Shown here in pieces: positions 21,360-32,500 of a stretch of 64,000 nt of DNA. The translations under genes were made by a program, and so were the position numbers. The notes beneath the pieces are model-generated. The model was not told the DNA's origin and searched no databases. It saw only the letters and a program-made list of their open reading frames with translations. Position 1 is the first letter of the stretch. Each line of letters starts with the position of its first letter. The stretch lies in the IMG/VR virus record IMGVR_UViG_3300035180_001452, positions 1 to 64,000 of that record; one strand, written 5' to 3'. The stretch is from a virus.

Positions 21360-22814
21360 TTACGTGTCCATAGGTATAGGAATATAATCTAGCTGAGGAG
21401 ATATTTCGTCTTGTGTGAACCAATGAACCTTTTCCCATCTAGCATATCCTAATGTTACATTAACCTTCTTTCTAATGTTGTTAGCAATATCCAGGAATAG
21501 TGAAGTAGGGAGACCGTCTCCAGTTAATAGTTTCTGTTCTTTATATTTCTTCTTGCTTAGTGTATTAACCTGGATTCCTGTAGTCCATGCTACTTCGTAT
21601 ATGTCCTCTGCAGTATTACCGGTTCTTTGAAGTACTGTAATATTACCGGATGGTTGAACCACGTAGTTAGTATATCGATAGTTAGCTATCAGAGAATTGC
21701 TATATGCACTGGAGGCATATATTCTTCCACTAGCTGGAGTAACATTTAGTAGAGCACCCTCGTTGAAAATATACGGCTGTTCGATTTCTCTTTTAGTCGT
21801 ATAGTAGATAAGTCCTTGCTCCTTCATCATCTCTTCTAGAGAATAGCTATACTTAGGTAATTCGTGAATCCACACATCAGCTATCGAGGAGCTGTTCCAT
21901 GTAAGTAATACCATTCCATTCCAGTAACTGGTGTCCAAAACCCCGAGTCTTCTTCCTACGGCCTGTTTTAGTCCATCTTCTGTAGAACTTCCTGGGAATG
22001 GGTATACGGACTTTAGTCTCTTCCAGTAAGACTGGTTGTCTTCTCCTAAAAATCTAGGTAGATCTACTACTAGGCCTATCTCATCTATTGAGCTCCAATA
22101 GTCCATATACTCCAGTGGTACTGCTGGGCCATTATTTATAGATACTGTAGCATTAGTAAGATCAGATAATAAAGAATTAGACTGATAAACAATAGTTACT
22201 GGCCCAGTAATGTTAGATATAGTAGATGTAGTTTCTGTAGTAGGTCCTGATCGATTTAAGCTTCCTGGCTCTTCTATATGCCAAATACCTGTGGCATCTT
22301 CTCTCCAATAGATATCCGTTCCGCTAAGTATTTCTCCATCTGGAAAAGTAACTGTGCCAGTAGCTACTACAGATAGTACACTTATAGTTAGTCCCATAAA
22401 GTATATAGCATAGTTATTATTATCTACTATATACGCGGGTCCTACAGCTGTAGTAAATTCCCACTCTGTTGAGCATATGGTGGGATAAATAGTTCTACTA
22501 GGAGTAGTTATAGAAACCGATGTTATTTGATTACTAGAAAGATCGGTACCTACATACCAACCTCTACTAGGTTCTCCTAACCAATTATTAAGAAACTTCT
22601 CTCTTTCTACCTTATAGCTATAGTATGCAGATGACAGTAGCTCTCTACCAGGAGAAACTAGAAACCTTCTTAATAGAGACCCAGTGGCTGGATCTGTATT
22701 ATAATGTATATCCATCCACTGCGGGAAATAGCTGCCTATAGTATCTGCTCCAGAAGATATGATATCTGGAATATATATTAAAACAGAAGAGGCAGGTGTT
22801 CCGACTACTGGCAT
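21360..22814 (-). CDS. Baseplate wedge protein (gpI/gp7-like), paralog B
   Basis: IDEIGLVVDLPRFLGEDNQSYWKRL; N-terminal YFPQWM and C-terminal TLG..RWEKVHWFT..I.P.LDYIP shared with the 19401 ORF; close to baseplate J. Confidence 0.72.
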   Translation of the reverse strand: MPVVGTPASSVLIYIPDIISSGADTIGSYFPQWMDIHYNTDPATGSLLRRFLVSPGRELLSSAYYSYKVEREKFLNNWLGEPSRGWYVGTDLSSNQITSVSITTPSRTIYPTICSTEWEFTTAVGPAYIVDNNNYAIYFMGLTISVLSVVATGTVTFPDGEILSGTDIYWREDATGIWHIEEPGSLNRSGPTTETTSTISNITGPVTIVYQSNSLLSDLTNATVSINNGPAVPLEYMDYWSSIDEIGLVVDLPRFLGEDNQSYWKRLKSVYPFPGSSTEDGLKQAVGRRLGVLDTSYWNGMVLLTWNSSSIADVWIHELPKYSYSLEEMMKEQGLIYYTTKREIEQPYIFNEGALLNVTPASGRIYASSAYSNSLIANYRYTNYVVQPSGNITVLQRTGNTAEDIYEVAWTTGIQVNTLSKKKYKEQKLLTGDGLPTSLFLDIANNIRKKVNVTLGYARWEKVHWFTQDEISPQLDYIPIPMDT

Positions 22815-22823
22815 CTATATCTC

Positions 22824-23336
22824 CTATACTACCTTTAGGACAATATTAGTATTTGCAAATTCCTTTACATAAGTACTTAGCAGGTTCCATGGATAGTCTA
22901 CTGGATCTACCTTTCTTCCAGGCGGAAACGCTATTTCTGCATGAGATTTGACAGATACCGTGTTTCCAAACTTATGCCTGAGATAGGCTACTACAAGAGC
23001 TGTAGATTTAACAAGAGCATCTGGCCAGGCCTCTTGCCCATCTATATGCTCCTGTTCTATACCTACTGTATATGTATTACTATACCTCCAGTCAGAAACG
23101 GTTCCACAATGAAAAGCTATATCCTTATCCTGTACGAAGTGATAGATATCCCCGGTAATGGTTGTGTACCAGTGCACGCTTACACGCCTATCTGTTTTTC
23201 CTGATAGAACTTGTATATCACCATTCTTCCTTCCATCAGTAGAATGAAGGATTATTCCATATATAGATGTTCTATCAGATGGAAGGTAATATCCACTCTT
23301 GCACTGAACCCAGTTATACTTTAGTACTGTGTCCAT
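22824..23336 (-). CDS. N-acetylmuramoyl-L-alanine amidase (Amidase_2 family)
   Basis: IILHST, SVHW, AFHCG, VGIEQE, SHAE, RKVDP: Zn ligands His/His/Asp and catalytic Glu present. Confidence 0.92.
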   Translation of the reverse strand: MDTVLKYNWVQCKSGYYLPSDRTSIYGIILHSTDGRKNGDIQVLSGKTDRRVSVHWYTTITGDIYHFVQDKDIAFHCGTVSDWRYSNTYTVGIEQEHIDGQEAWPDALVKSTALVVAYLRHKFGNTVSVKSHAEIAFPPGRKVDPVDYPWNLLSTYVKEFANTNIVLKVV

Positions 23337-23345
23337 CTAGCCCTC

Positions 23346-24449
23346 CTAACTAACATTAATAACTCTAGATACAAATCTCTCTCCTGGATCTAATAGTTGA
23401 TTTGCTTTTAAGGATGGTAGCCCATCTATAGTCATACTAACATCACTATCAACTATATCTGAAGAAGCCTCTTGAACTCTCGCTGCTAGCTCAGAGTATA
23501 TAATACTACCATTACCAGAAGAATCTTCTATTGGTAGGTTGTCTAGATATCCACGAACTGCAGCAGATACCATAGACTTTACGCTAGATACAGCTGCTCC
23601 TGGTTTTACTACAAGCTTAACTGTTACATCAACAAACTTGACTACTGGAGCTTTAGCTATAGCAGATATACCAGCAGCGGTATTTTCATCCAGTACCCTC
23701 TGGCATTCTTGAATGACTGAGTCAGGAACAACTCTATCATAGCCATAGATAAGCACATCTAGAGTTCCTGTTCCTCTAGCTAAGTTCAGTATCTGGACAT
23801 CCCTAACACCGGGAACGTCTAACAGATATGACCTAATGGCTGTTAGGTTAGCTCCTTCTTTTCTATAGATCTCCTGCTGAATTCTAACCCTATAGTTAGC
23901 ATCAGATTCCAGGTCACTACCAGTAGTGATTGGTAGTTCGTTTGTAACAGATAGGTCTAGTAGTCCTACATCATGAGAGTCAATCCTACCTGCTCCTATA
24001 TTGTAGTACTCTCCTGGAGCAGCTGCCACAACGTCTACGTACTCCCTACTTCCAGGCTGTATAACAATTTGAAACGCAGTGTAGTAAGATATAGATGGAT
24101 CTGAAGAGGGCCATACTCTAGTATGAATAGGAACAGTAACTGATACAAGTCTATTGTTAGTAAAAACTACAGATAACGCTCCTCCAACAGTACTAGAAGC
24201 TACAGCTGCCCTTCTAGCTACTCCAAAGAATTGTCCTATCTTATCTAGATTGGTACCAGTAGCACTAGACAATAGTCCTTGGGATTCTATAAATTCTAGC
24301 TCATCCCACAAGTCTGTAAGCTCCTGACAAAATACCCTTAGTATATTAGCTGCAAATCCAGACTCACTATCATTAGTAAGTCCTGTTTGAGCGGATACTT
24401 TGTTCCAGGTTCTACGTAGCATTTCATCGAATGTAGGACGAGTAATCAT
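23346..24449 (-). CDS. Baseplate J-like protein
   Basis: ATGTNLDKIGQFFGVARR, PGEYYNI, GSDLESDANYRVRI, VPGVRDV, RGTGTLDV are typical baseplate-J motifs. Confidence 0.93.
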   Translation of the reverse strand: MITRPTFDEMLRRTWNKVSAQTGLTNDSESGFAANILRVFCQELTDLWDELEFIESQGLLSSATGTNLDKIGQFFGVARRAAVASSTVGGALSVVFTNNRLVSVTVPIHTRVWPSSDPSISYYTAFQIVIQPGSREYVDVVAAAPGEYYNIGAGRIDSHDVGLLDLSVTNELPITTGSDLESDANYRVRIQQEIYRKEGANLTAIRSYLLDVPGVRDVQILNLARGTGTLDVLIYGYDRVVPDSVIQECQRVLDENTAAGISAIAKAPVVKFVDVTVKLVVKPGAAVSSVKSMVSAAVRGYLDNLPIEDSSGNGSIIYSELAARVQEASSDIVDSDVSMTIDGLPSLKANQLLDPGERFVSRVINVS

Positions 24450-24470
24450 AAAAAATCTCCTATAACCTGC

Positions 24471-24497
24471 AGGCTAGTAGCCATTAGCTACTAGCCT
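24471..24497. other. Perfect 11-bp intergenic stem-loop without 3' U-tract
   Basis: AGGCTAGTAGC-CATTA-GCTACTAGCCT, extendable by TAACCT/AGGTTA; no U-run 3' on either strand, so processing or stability hairpin is as likely as terminator. Confidence 0.5.
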
Positions 24498-24503
24498 AAA
24501 AGG

Positions 24504-24896
24504 TTACGATGGTCTTGGAATTACCGGGAACCTAACTTCGCTTCTCTTAAACTCTAGGTTAGTTAGGAACTCTTCGACACTATACTTTAAGTCCCACCTG
24601 ATGGGGGATATTTCTATAATATAGTCGAAACAGGAAATACTTCCAGATATGTATGGACCATCCTTTTCGTCAGTTACCTTAAGATTAACATATATAGGTC
24701 TGCCCATTAAAGGAAGAGGTTCCATACTATCTATAGGGCTGTCCTTTCTATCTAAAGCAGCTAGAAATAGCCCCTGTCTTACTCCAGAATCTAACATAGC
24801 CTTAGAAATAGTTGTCATTGGAGTAACTGTCTTAGGGAGCAAAGACTTTACTGTTACTAATACTTCAAGTAATGTCTTTGCTATTTCATGATTCAT
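24504..24896 (-). CDS. Hypothetical protein
   Basis: 130-aa ORF in operon context with AAGG RBS; no recognised motif. Confidence 0.65.
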   Translation of the reverse strand: MNHEIAKTLLEVLVTVKSLLPKTVTPMTTISKAMLDSGVRQGLFLAALDRKDSPIDSMEPLPLMGRPIYVNLKVTDEKDGPYISGSISCFDYIIEISPIRWDLKYSVEEFLTNLEFKRSEVRFPVIPRPS

Positions 24897-24912
24897 ATTT
24901 AATAGCCTTTCT

Positions 24913-27141
24913 TTACCAAGCTGGATAGCACTCGCACTTCTTATACTTTAGCCCAGAGCCACAAGGACATGGATCATTACGACCTACGTTACCCCATAGT
25001 ACCGGGTATTTTCTATAAATAGGTCTGTTTGATTTAGCCGTTTCTATAAGCTGATTCCATACTTTAGGCCATAGATGGACATTCTTTCTCATGTCAAAGT
25101 CTTTTTCTACTATGGCTTTCATAGTAGCACCCATCCTCTTTCTTTCGCTCTCGTTCTCAATTAGATAGGCAATATTTTCGTAAGTAATATCGTTAAACCC
25201 ATTCTTGCCATTTCTAATAGTAGTAACGTATGGAGGAATCTTACTGGCTACACATGGAATTCCCCAGGCACCATACTCTAGTACCTTCAAGTTGCTGTTT
25301 AGAGTAGCAATTCCACCGGCTACGAACTTCTCTCCGGCTACCTGAATATTATATGGAGTAAGTTCTACTTCTTCTATTGAAGTAATTTGATCATAGACTA
25401 TAGGATCTTCAACTTCATACTCTAACGTTTGAATATTTGTATGGAACTTATCTATATAGGAACCTACTATTCGTAGTAGTCCACCGTTATCTGGTTCTTC
25501 AAGCTTAATCGATACAATACCAAACCCTAACAATAGTTCCTGTATGCTACTAAGAATACTAGAGTCTAACGACCTCATATCTAGAGTGCCTTGATCGCCA
25601 TCTTCCGTGTGTGCATAAACAAAGGAAGCTACTACATATCCTTTAATGAAGGCAGCTACTACTTCTCTTGGAGATCTAAAGATAATCTCTGGAACACGAT
25701 ACTCCTGCTCACCTTCCGGTAACACTAGCCCTAGATACGATAAGAAATCTAGTAGCTTAGGATTATTAACTACTACTCTATCATCAGACTTAGTTAGATT
25801 ATCCTGATCACAAATACCTAGGCTATTAAGTAATGCTACCAATCTTTCTGTAGCGCTCTTATTAGAGAGTATCTTTATAGTTAAAGGAGCAATACTTTCT
25901 ATACTGCTACCACAGATTATCCCTAGTACTTCAGCCCAATCCTCATTTATAATAGATGGGCTAGGAGGATCTTCTAGAGGAAAGATAACAGAACATTTAC
26001 TGTGAGAGAACTGATAGCTAGATATAGGAAGCTTATCTCCAACCTGAAGCTCTTTAGCTAGCTTAGTACCATTCTCTGTTAGCTGCCTATGCTCTTCTGT
26101 CATAGTAAGGGTATAGCCACACCTAGTAACAACCTTTACTCCCTTCTTTCTTGATTGGGGGTCGGTTGCTATAACTTCTACAAACTCGCTACCATTCCAT
26201 ACTTTATCACCGGATAGTAGTGATATGATCGGCTTAATCCCGGTTGGAGTTGATACTCTAGTTCTCCAGTCTAAGCACTTAGATGCATTAAATCTACAGT
26301 TGATAGTAGGCGCTAGACCAATATCAAAGTTAGCAAGACCTGTTGGATATTCTTCAAATGGTCTTGGTGGTACAAACAAAACTCTTTCTGGGTCTAGTTC
26401 CCACATATCTACTATAGCCTGCATGAGCTGCTGACTAGTATAGATCCCAAATTTTACGTAATCATATTTCTTTAGAATTCTTGGAATGATGGACCTTAGT
26501 AGCTGAAGATCTTCTAGGTGGGTAGTTCCGCCCGACCATCCTACTACAAGATAGTTTGGATCTTTATCCTCAGGTAAAGTCTTCCAGTCTCTTAGATCAA
26601 AGTCAATCGAGTTAGGAAGCACCTCTATATTAAGATTAAAGTTACTATAATCACCAGCAAGCTCTACAGTACTAACAGTCACTCCGGTAACTTTATTTAG
26701 TAAAGTACTTACCATCTTTAGCTCTTCAGTACCTTGGTGATATACACTATATACTGGAGAGCTAGGTAGTACACTATGTAAGTTGTCATCAACTTCATAA
26801 ATGACAGGCTTACCATACTTTAGTGCTTCATAAAGCATGCGCTCAGCAACATTTTTATCGTACTGTCTCTGAGCTATGATAATATCAGCATTTAGAACTT
26901 CTTCTAGTGAGCATACCTGTACATATCTACAATTAGCACCAAGTCTATTTAGATAGGTAAATGGATGTACCATCCTATAGTTGCCGCATGCTGTATCATC
27001 AGCAACTAGCCCTAAAACATTTAATCCTTTATAGACATTATTTACTACTGGAGGACACTCAACTTTAGGCAGATTAGTAGTATCCACTTTAGGCAGGCTA
27101 GTAGTATCCACTATACTAGTGGCACTATTTTCTAGAGGCAT
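24913..27141 (-). CDS. GT-B glycosyltransferase (GT4/group 1-like) with intein and C-terminal SEC-C motif
   Basis: [44 protein letters not shown]; after splicing [23 protein letters not shown]; ends [20 protein letters not shown]. Confidence 0.9.
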   Translation of the reverse strand: MPLENSATSIVDTTSLPKVDTTNLPKVECPPVVNNVYKGLNVLGLVADDTACGNYRMVHPFTYLNRLGANCRYVQVCSLEEVLNADIIIAQRQYDKNVAERMLYEALKYGKPVIYEVDDNLHSVLPSSPVYSVYHQGTEELKMVSTLLNKVTGVTVSTVELAGDYSNFNLNIEVLPNSIDFDLRDWKTLPEDKDPNYLVVGWSGGTTHLEDLQLLRSIIPRILKKYDYVKFGIYTSQQLMQAIVDMWELDPERVLFVPPRPFEEYPTGLANFDIGLAPTINCRFNASKCLDWRTRVSTPTGIKPIISLLSGDKVWNGSEFVEVIATDPQSRKKGVKVVTRCGYTLTMTEEHRQLTENGTKLAKELQVGDKLPISSYQFSHSKCSVIFPLEDPPSPSIINEDWAEVLGIICGSSIESIAPLTIKILSNKSATERLVALLNSLGICDQDNLTKSDDRVVVNNPKLLDFLSYLGLVLPEGEQEYRVPEIIFRSPREVVAAFIKGYVVASFVYAHTEDGDQGTLDMRSLDSSILSSIQELLLGFGIVSIKLEEPDNGGLLRIVGSYIDKFHTNIQTLEYEVEDPIVYDQITSIEEVELTPYNIQVAGEKFVAGGIATLNSNLKVLEYGAWGIPCVASKIPPYVTTIRNGKNGFNDITYENIAYLIENESERKRMGATMKAIVEKDFDMRKNVHLWPKVWNQLIETAKSNRPIYRKYPVLWGNVGRNDPCPCGSGLKYKKCECYPAW
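25297..26277 (-). mobile_element. Intein (327 aa) in glycosyltransferase, degenerate LAGLIDADG-like core
   Basis: ASK|[13 protein letters not shown]...TMTEEH (block B)...YNIQV...GGIATLN|SNLK. Confidence 0.9.
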
Positions 27142-27219
27142 CTGACTTCCTTTCTTATCACACCGTCTTTCAGGTGAGGCTTTTTCAAAGACAGGGAAAT
27201 TTTTATAGACCCTACTGGT

Positions 27220-27230
27220 ATTATGGCATA
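27220..27230 (-). promoter_or_regulatory. Extended -10-like element TATGCCATAAT upstream of GT4 gene
   Basis: Intergenic, about 80 bp upstream of ATG 27141; the same TGCCATAAT occurs at 49351. Confidence 0.5.
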
Positions 27231-27233
27231 CGT

Positions 27234-28148
27234 TTAAACAGGATCCGGTGACCCCGCTACAGTTCCTATAGCCGGTCCAGGAGCAGTGAATGGATTAGGA
27301 TCTGGTGCATGTGCTGGAGGATTGTCTCTAATGTTATCGGCATCATACCCAAACGTATGATCAGCCCTACGCTTTAGATAATCCCTAAAGTCATCAGCAT
27401 AAATACCATGAAGCTCTGCTATATTATTATATAGTTCATATAAGCTTTTAGTAACATCAAGAACTTCTTGTAAACGAAGTCTTTTTGCTGGAGGAGCTTC
27501 TGGATCTAGAGAATCAAGCTTTGCTCTAACCTGTTCTCCAAACTGTCGAAAATGATGGGCTTCTAGGATAGCTTCTCCATGTAGAGTCTGATGGTAATGT
27601 AGTGCTTTATCTGGGTCATGCTCTGTAGCATCAGGATGTAGATCAAACATACTTGGTAATCTACCGGGGTTGGCTGATGGCATGTCGTCATCGGCATCAT
27701 CCGTGGCTACACTCTTAGGTGCGCCCTTTGTAACGCTTTCTTTTGCTACTGCCATAGCTAGCTGGGTATGCAGTCTGGCCGCTTCCCAAAAAGCCATGCC
27801 TCTCTTTGAGTGAAAGTCTCCCATGGCTTCATGAGTTTTAATTACCGGGTCGTATTTGCTGCTGCCATCAGGTGCTAGAGGAACGTCTACAAACTGAGTC
27901 TCTGCATCAGGAGCTTCGCTCTTAGTAAACTGTAGAGGATTACCAGGATTAGGCACCATATCCGGAACCTGCGCAGGAGGAGCACCCACTCCGGTAGTTC
28001 TTGCCTTCTTTAATGCATCATAGTGCTGCATAGCAATTTTCAAGTCCTGGTTATACAGCTTGATAGTATACTTCCTAGCTTCCCCATGACTGATCTTACC
28101 CATATTACCTGTATCTAAACGAACAGGTCTATAACTAAACTTACCCAT
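27234..28148 (-). CDS. Hypothetical His-rich helical protein with Pro/Asp-rich linkers
   Basis: 304 aa, GGAG RBS; clusters such as [17 protein letters not shown]. Confidence 0.75.
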   Translation of the reverse strand: MGKFSYRPVRLDTGNMGKISHGEARKYTIKLYNQDLKIAMQHYDALKKARTTGVGAPPAQVPDMVPNPGNPLQFTKSEAPDAETQFVDVPLAPDGSSKYDPVIKTHEAMGDFHSKRGMAFWEAARLHTQLAMAVAKESVTKGAPKSVATDDADDDMPSANPGRLPSMFDLHPDATEHDPDKALHYHQTLHGEAILEAHHFRQFGEQVRAKLDSLDPEAPPAKRLRLQEVLDVTKSLYELYNNIAELHGIYADDFRDYLKRRADHTFGYDADNIRDNPPAHAPDPNPFTAPGPAIGTVAGSPDPV

Positions 28149-28160
28149 AATAGTATTCTC

Positions 28161-28574
28161 CTAACTAAGCTCTCGAATTTTTCCTTCTTTAAGATCTAAG
28201 GCTACTGATAAAGTAGACTGCTCTCCATCATAAGTAATTATAATGGTTGACATTATAGTAAACTTATCCACTGGTATTGTAACTATTTCTATCTCTTCTG
28301 ATGTTAGAAATCCATCATGTGTTAAAGCTCCAACAATTAGCTGCTCCATAAGATCGCCAGTATCCTTACTATTAGGCTCTCCTACTAGCTGTTCTAGGGA
28401 TGCCCCACACTCTGGCTCTAGTATCCAGTCTCCTATAACTGTTTTTAGTCTAAACATGCAGCTTTGTAATAGAGCATCCACCCCTTCGCTATGTAAGAAA
28501 TCTCCGTCTGGTCCAATCTCTGGCTCACCATCAATGTTCATCCATATATCAGACAATATATTAGAGCTAGGCAT
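28161..28574 (-). CDS. Baseplate gp25/GPW-like (sheath initiator) protein
   Basis: 137 aa acidic; GDFLHSEGVDALLQ...RLKTVIGDW..EPECGASLEQLVGEPN...ALTHDG. Confidence 0.85.
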   Translation of the reverse strand: MPSSNILSDIWMNIDGEPEIGPDGDFLHSEGVDALLQSCMFRLKTVIGDWILEPECGASLEQLVGEPNSKDTGDLMEQLIVGALTHDGFLTSEEIEIVTIPVDKFTIMSTIIITYDGEQSTLSVALDLKEGKIRELS

Positions 28575-29146
28575 TATTTTGTAACCTCTTTTAGTAAGTC
28601 CTTTATTCCAGATAAGAAGTCAGGAACTACAGCTACATTAAATAAAGGCTTACTATTAAATATTTCTGAAAACTTAATAGGATGCTGGTCTCCATAGGGC
28701 GTACCAGTTAGAAAGTATGCGTCTCCTCCTAACCATTGTTTAAAAGTTACCGGAGATAGATCTGGTATCTCGCTCTTGGGGCCTAGAGTAGACGTAGAGA
28801 AAAGGTTAGCTTTATAAGTTAGCCATTTAGAGTTAAGGGGAGTATTGTTTATAGCGAAGGAATTACTTTCAGTAAGATTTATGTTAGCATCTGAAGTACT
28901 AGTTACTAAATGGTTACCTATTATTACTACAGCTCCAGTCTCTCCATCTAATATTATTCTAGAGTTTCCGGCAAATAGTTCTAGAGCACCATCTTCTCTG
29001 ATATGTACCCCAACATTTTGTGTCGGATGTTTTAGCCCTATTTCATTAGGTAGGGTAGTTTTAGCTGACTCAGAAAATTCCTTAAGTAATTTCTCCTTAG
29101 GCTTCTTTAAATCTTCCAGCTTTTTTTCTAGTGTTGCCTTGTCCAT
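28574..29146 (-). CDS. Probable baseplate spike-associated protein
   Basis: GLKHP...VHIREDGALELFAG..RIILDGETGAV beta-helix-like strands; between hub and gp25-like gene. Confidence 0.55.
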   Translation of the reverse strand: MDKATLEKKLEDLKKPKEKLLKEFSESAKTTLPNEIGLKHPTQNVGVHIREDGALELFAGNSRIILDGETGAVVIIGNHLVTSTSDANINLTESNSFAINNTPLNSKWLTYKANLFSTSTLGPKSEIPDLSPVTFKQWLGGDAYFLTGTPYGDQHPIKFSEIFNSKPLFNVAVVPDFLSGIKDLLKEVTK

Positions 29147-29147
29147 A

Positions 29148-29528
29148 TCAATTCCTTAGCCTTCCAGAAACTGCTATAGTCTTACCATCTCTAGGTAAGG
29201 TATCTTCATCAGGTCTAGATGTTACTGTATAATACTCTCCAGGTGGTTCTATAGCTACAATCTTTGCGTGAGTATACTGCCCTTGTGGGCAGCTCATAAC
29301 CGCTACAGCCCCAACTCTCACCTCACCCGGTATAACACCCTTTGGGGGTTCTGGAACGGCTCTATTATATAATCGTATATGCCCTGCTCCTGTAGGATTA
29401 CTTATTTCTACCGTACATAGTTTATTCTTATGATCATAGTCTACTATTATTCCAGAGAAGGAAGTAGCTCTACCTTCTATACTTTTTGTTATTAGTTTTT
29501 CTATTTCCAGCTTAAACTCTGATGGCAT
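29148..29528 (-). CDS. Probable baseplate spike N-terminal OB-fold protein
   Basis: GIIVDYD..KLCTVEI...VP...G...VGAVAVM resembles the gp5/gpV OB-fold; follows the hub gene. Confidence 0.55.
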   Translation of the reverse strand: MPSEFKLEIEKLITKSIEGRATSFSGIIVDYDHKNKLCTVEISNPTGAGHIRLYNRAVPEPPKGVIPGEVRVGAVAVMSCPQGQYTHAKIVAIEPPGEYYTVTSRPDEDTLPRDGKTIAVSGRLRN

Positions 29529-29544
29529 TAGTACTATCCCTCTA

Positions 29545-29561
29545 ATTTTATTATAGCATAA
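29545..29561 (-). promoter_or_regulatory. Extended -10 promoter TTATGCTATAATAAAAT
   Basis: TGnTATAAT consensus; identical 17-mer at 60132..60148; no TTGACA at the expected -35 position. Confidence 0.65.
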
Positions 29562-29570
29562 TACATATTT

Positions 29571-32500
29571 TTATAGCCTACCATATGCATCTGGGTTGAA
29601 TTTTCTTAATGGAGTGTTTAAAACTACAACTGAACCTGTATGAGGAGCCTCCATAACCATACCATCTCCAGCATATATTCCTACATGAGTAGCTATTCCG
29701 TTGCTTAATTTAAAGACTAGATCTCCTGGTTTCAGATCTTTTTCTTGTATTTTTGTACACATCTTATACTGTACATTAGCAGTTCTTGGTATATCTCTAC
29801 CAAGATTTTTAAAGACTGCTTGAACAAATCCAGAGCAATCTAGTCCATTATTACTGCTAAGATTAGACATATCACCGCCATACACATATTTCTTACCCTC
29901 AAAAGATTTAGCCGCATTAAATAAACTGTCTTTAGTGATAGGTTGTACTGGTATATTTCCGGTTGTACCATCGTCCATAATAAGATCTGTATTAGTACCA
30001 GTACTATTAATAGTTTCATTTAGTTTATCAATATATTTATTAAAGTTGTCTTCTTGAATTTCTGGAATCTTAGGAAACTGCATATTGTTTTCTTCAGGAT
30101 TGTTTGGATTCCACCCACTATCTGATCCAGGAAATACAAGATCAGCTAGAAATGGAACAATAGAACCTAGAAAATCTTTATCGGCAGAAGAGAGTATACT
30201 TGCCCAAAACCAATCGCTAGTAGATATTGGGTCTCCAATTACAGCCCCCATGTGTCCTTCTATACCAGCGGAAAATTCTAGATCATTAACTTTAAGTGGC
30301 ATTATAACTACACTTTGGCTACTAGATAACCATCTACCTATCGTATCTCCTATAGTTGACGTTAAGAGAATGCCTACTGCTGCCGCTGCAATATCAAGAA
30401 GATCTATAGCTCCTTTTGCTCCGCTAGCTACACCTTTAGCAGCAGCTTTAGCTTTTTTGCTCCCTTTAACAACCTCAGCTGCTTTTACAGTTTTAGCTGC
30501 CTTGCCTGCTTTGTTAGCTGCAGCAGTCTTAACGGCCTTACCTGTCTTTTTAGCTGCGGCAGCTACGGCTTCTTCATCTTGAGCTTCTTTACTCATAAAT
30601 TCAGCGACTTTCTTACCCGCTTTAGAAGAAGCCCAAGTAGTCTTTGCATAATTTATAATATTAGTAGTATGTTTTCCAACCTCTGCTTTCTTTATCAGCC
30701 CATATATCTTATTACCCCACTGATTAGCGGTAACCCTAGCGGTTACCATATCTTTTACTTCAGGAGCATATTTTTCTATAAACTCTGATGTCTTTACTAC
30801 TACACCATTAGACTTAAGTTTATTTTTAATAGATTCGTATGCCTTTAATAGCCCATTTCTAGTTTTTATAAGATCCTTCTCAGTTACATTTTTCGAGAGC
30901 TTCGCTGCTTTACCAACAATAGCACTTTTAATCTTAGAGTTGGACAGTCTTCTAATTATATGCCCAAGTGAGTATCTCCATATTCTATATGAAGCATAAC
31001 TATAGCCTATTCTAGCTAGAGAAAACCACATAGAAGACTCTACATGACCTGCAGTAGCTACTAAACAATCTGGAGAGACTACAGTAATATATCCAGCATC
31101 TAATGAAAAGTGGTTAGTAACTTCTTTTACCTGTACTAGTCCATTCATTAGTGTAGAAGCGTCTATAAGATAAACATAGTCCCATGGAAAGATATAAGGA
31201 TCCCCAGATATAATAGATCCACCTTGATACATATCTGCTAGAGAATCTCTAATAAGCATAACTGAAGTAGTATTAGCTGCTGTATTAACAGTATTAATAT
31301 TTCCAAAAGATATTGCATTAGCAATGCTTTGAATTCCTTCAAGTCCATATAAAGTACCAGACAATAGCCCACTGTTATTTACAATAGTTTTCTGGTGCTC
31401 TGGAAATATGTCAGAGTCTGCTTTCATTATATCGCCTTCTCTGATAACCGTCCTTATTGCCCCTCCATATATATACTTACTTTGACAGTTAGTTATAACA
31501 TTTTCATCAGTAGCAATAATATTACTAGCTATAAGATTATGCCCACTGCATATAATATGTATCTGAGAAAAAGTCTTACTGTCCATAAGAGCCATATATT
31601 TTTCTATATTATCATTAGGAAGCTTACTGGCGTTAACATTTCCATCTTTATACTTGTAATAGAATGGGAACGAGCTTTTACCAAAGAATAGCGTGCTTCT
31701 ATAATCAAATGGCCTAACTGCAGCTATAAAATCAGGTATTGCCTTCCTACATGTTTCAATTACTTTCCAAGGAGAAGCATCTTCTATCTGCACTCCTATT
31801 AAAGTTTGTCCTTGTAAATGGGCAAGCATTCCATTAACAGTAAGCCAGTTTTGCCATGCAGTACTGTTATTATCTGGATCCTGCTTACTGTTATATAAGT
31901 TTACTCCTATCTCACCTAGAGAGTAAGTAGGCATGAAATTATTATCAGAGCTCCATGCAATAGAATAGTCTAGTGATCCAAAGTGAGATATGCCATAGGG
32001 GTTATTATATTGCCATCGACCAGCTGATACTGCTGATACTAAATCCCAAGATGGCCTGAACAATTCTCCTATAATATTTCTAGGCTCTTTACCATGAAGA
32101 GCAAAGATTCCAGTATTTTGAAACATGTTGTGCTCTTTTTGTTTTTGTACTGAACTATCATATATCATATAGGAGTCTGTATCTGGAAACGGCTTCATAA
32201 GTTCTATGGCATCACCTAAGGCTATTACTTGACAATACCTATCTGCTACAGGTACTTCTGATATCACACCATTAAACTTTACAGGGTACTTAGATGCATC
32301 ACTATTTCCTGTATAGTAAGTTGTTCCTCTTCTTCTAGCAAACCACGTGCCATTAGGCGTGGTTGGACACCACACTATCCCAGTATGTTTTATCTTTACC
32401 GGGAAGTGCTCTCCAACTTTAAGGTGTGGGGTATTACTAAAGGTTAGTATATATTCTAGACAGTTTGCTTTTCTGTTATACCGCTGGCGAAGGTTAGTCT

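Noticed and set aside
2392-22814. Diversity-generating retroelement or invertible fibre cassette
   Set aside because: No reverse transcriptase, recombinase, near-identical TR/VR pair or inverted gene segments seen; paralogs are diverged at DNA level.
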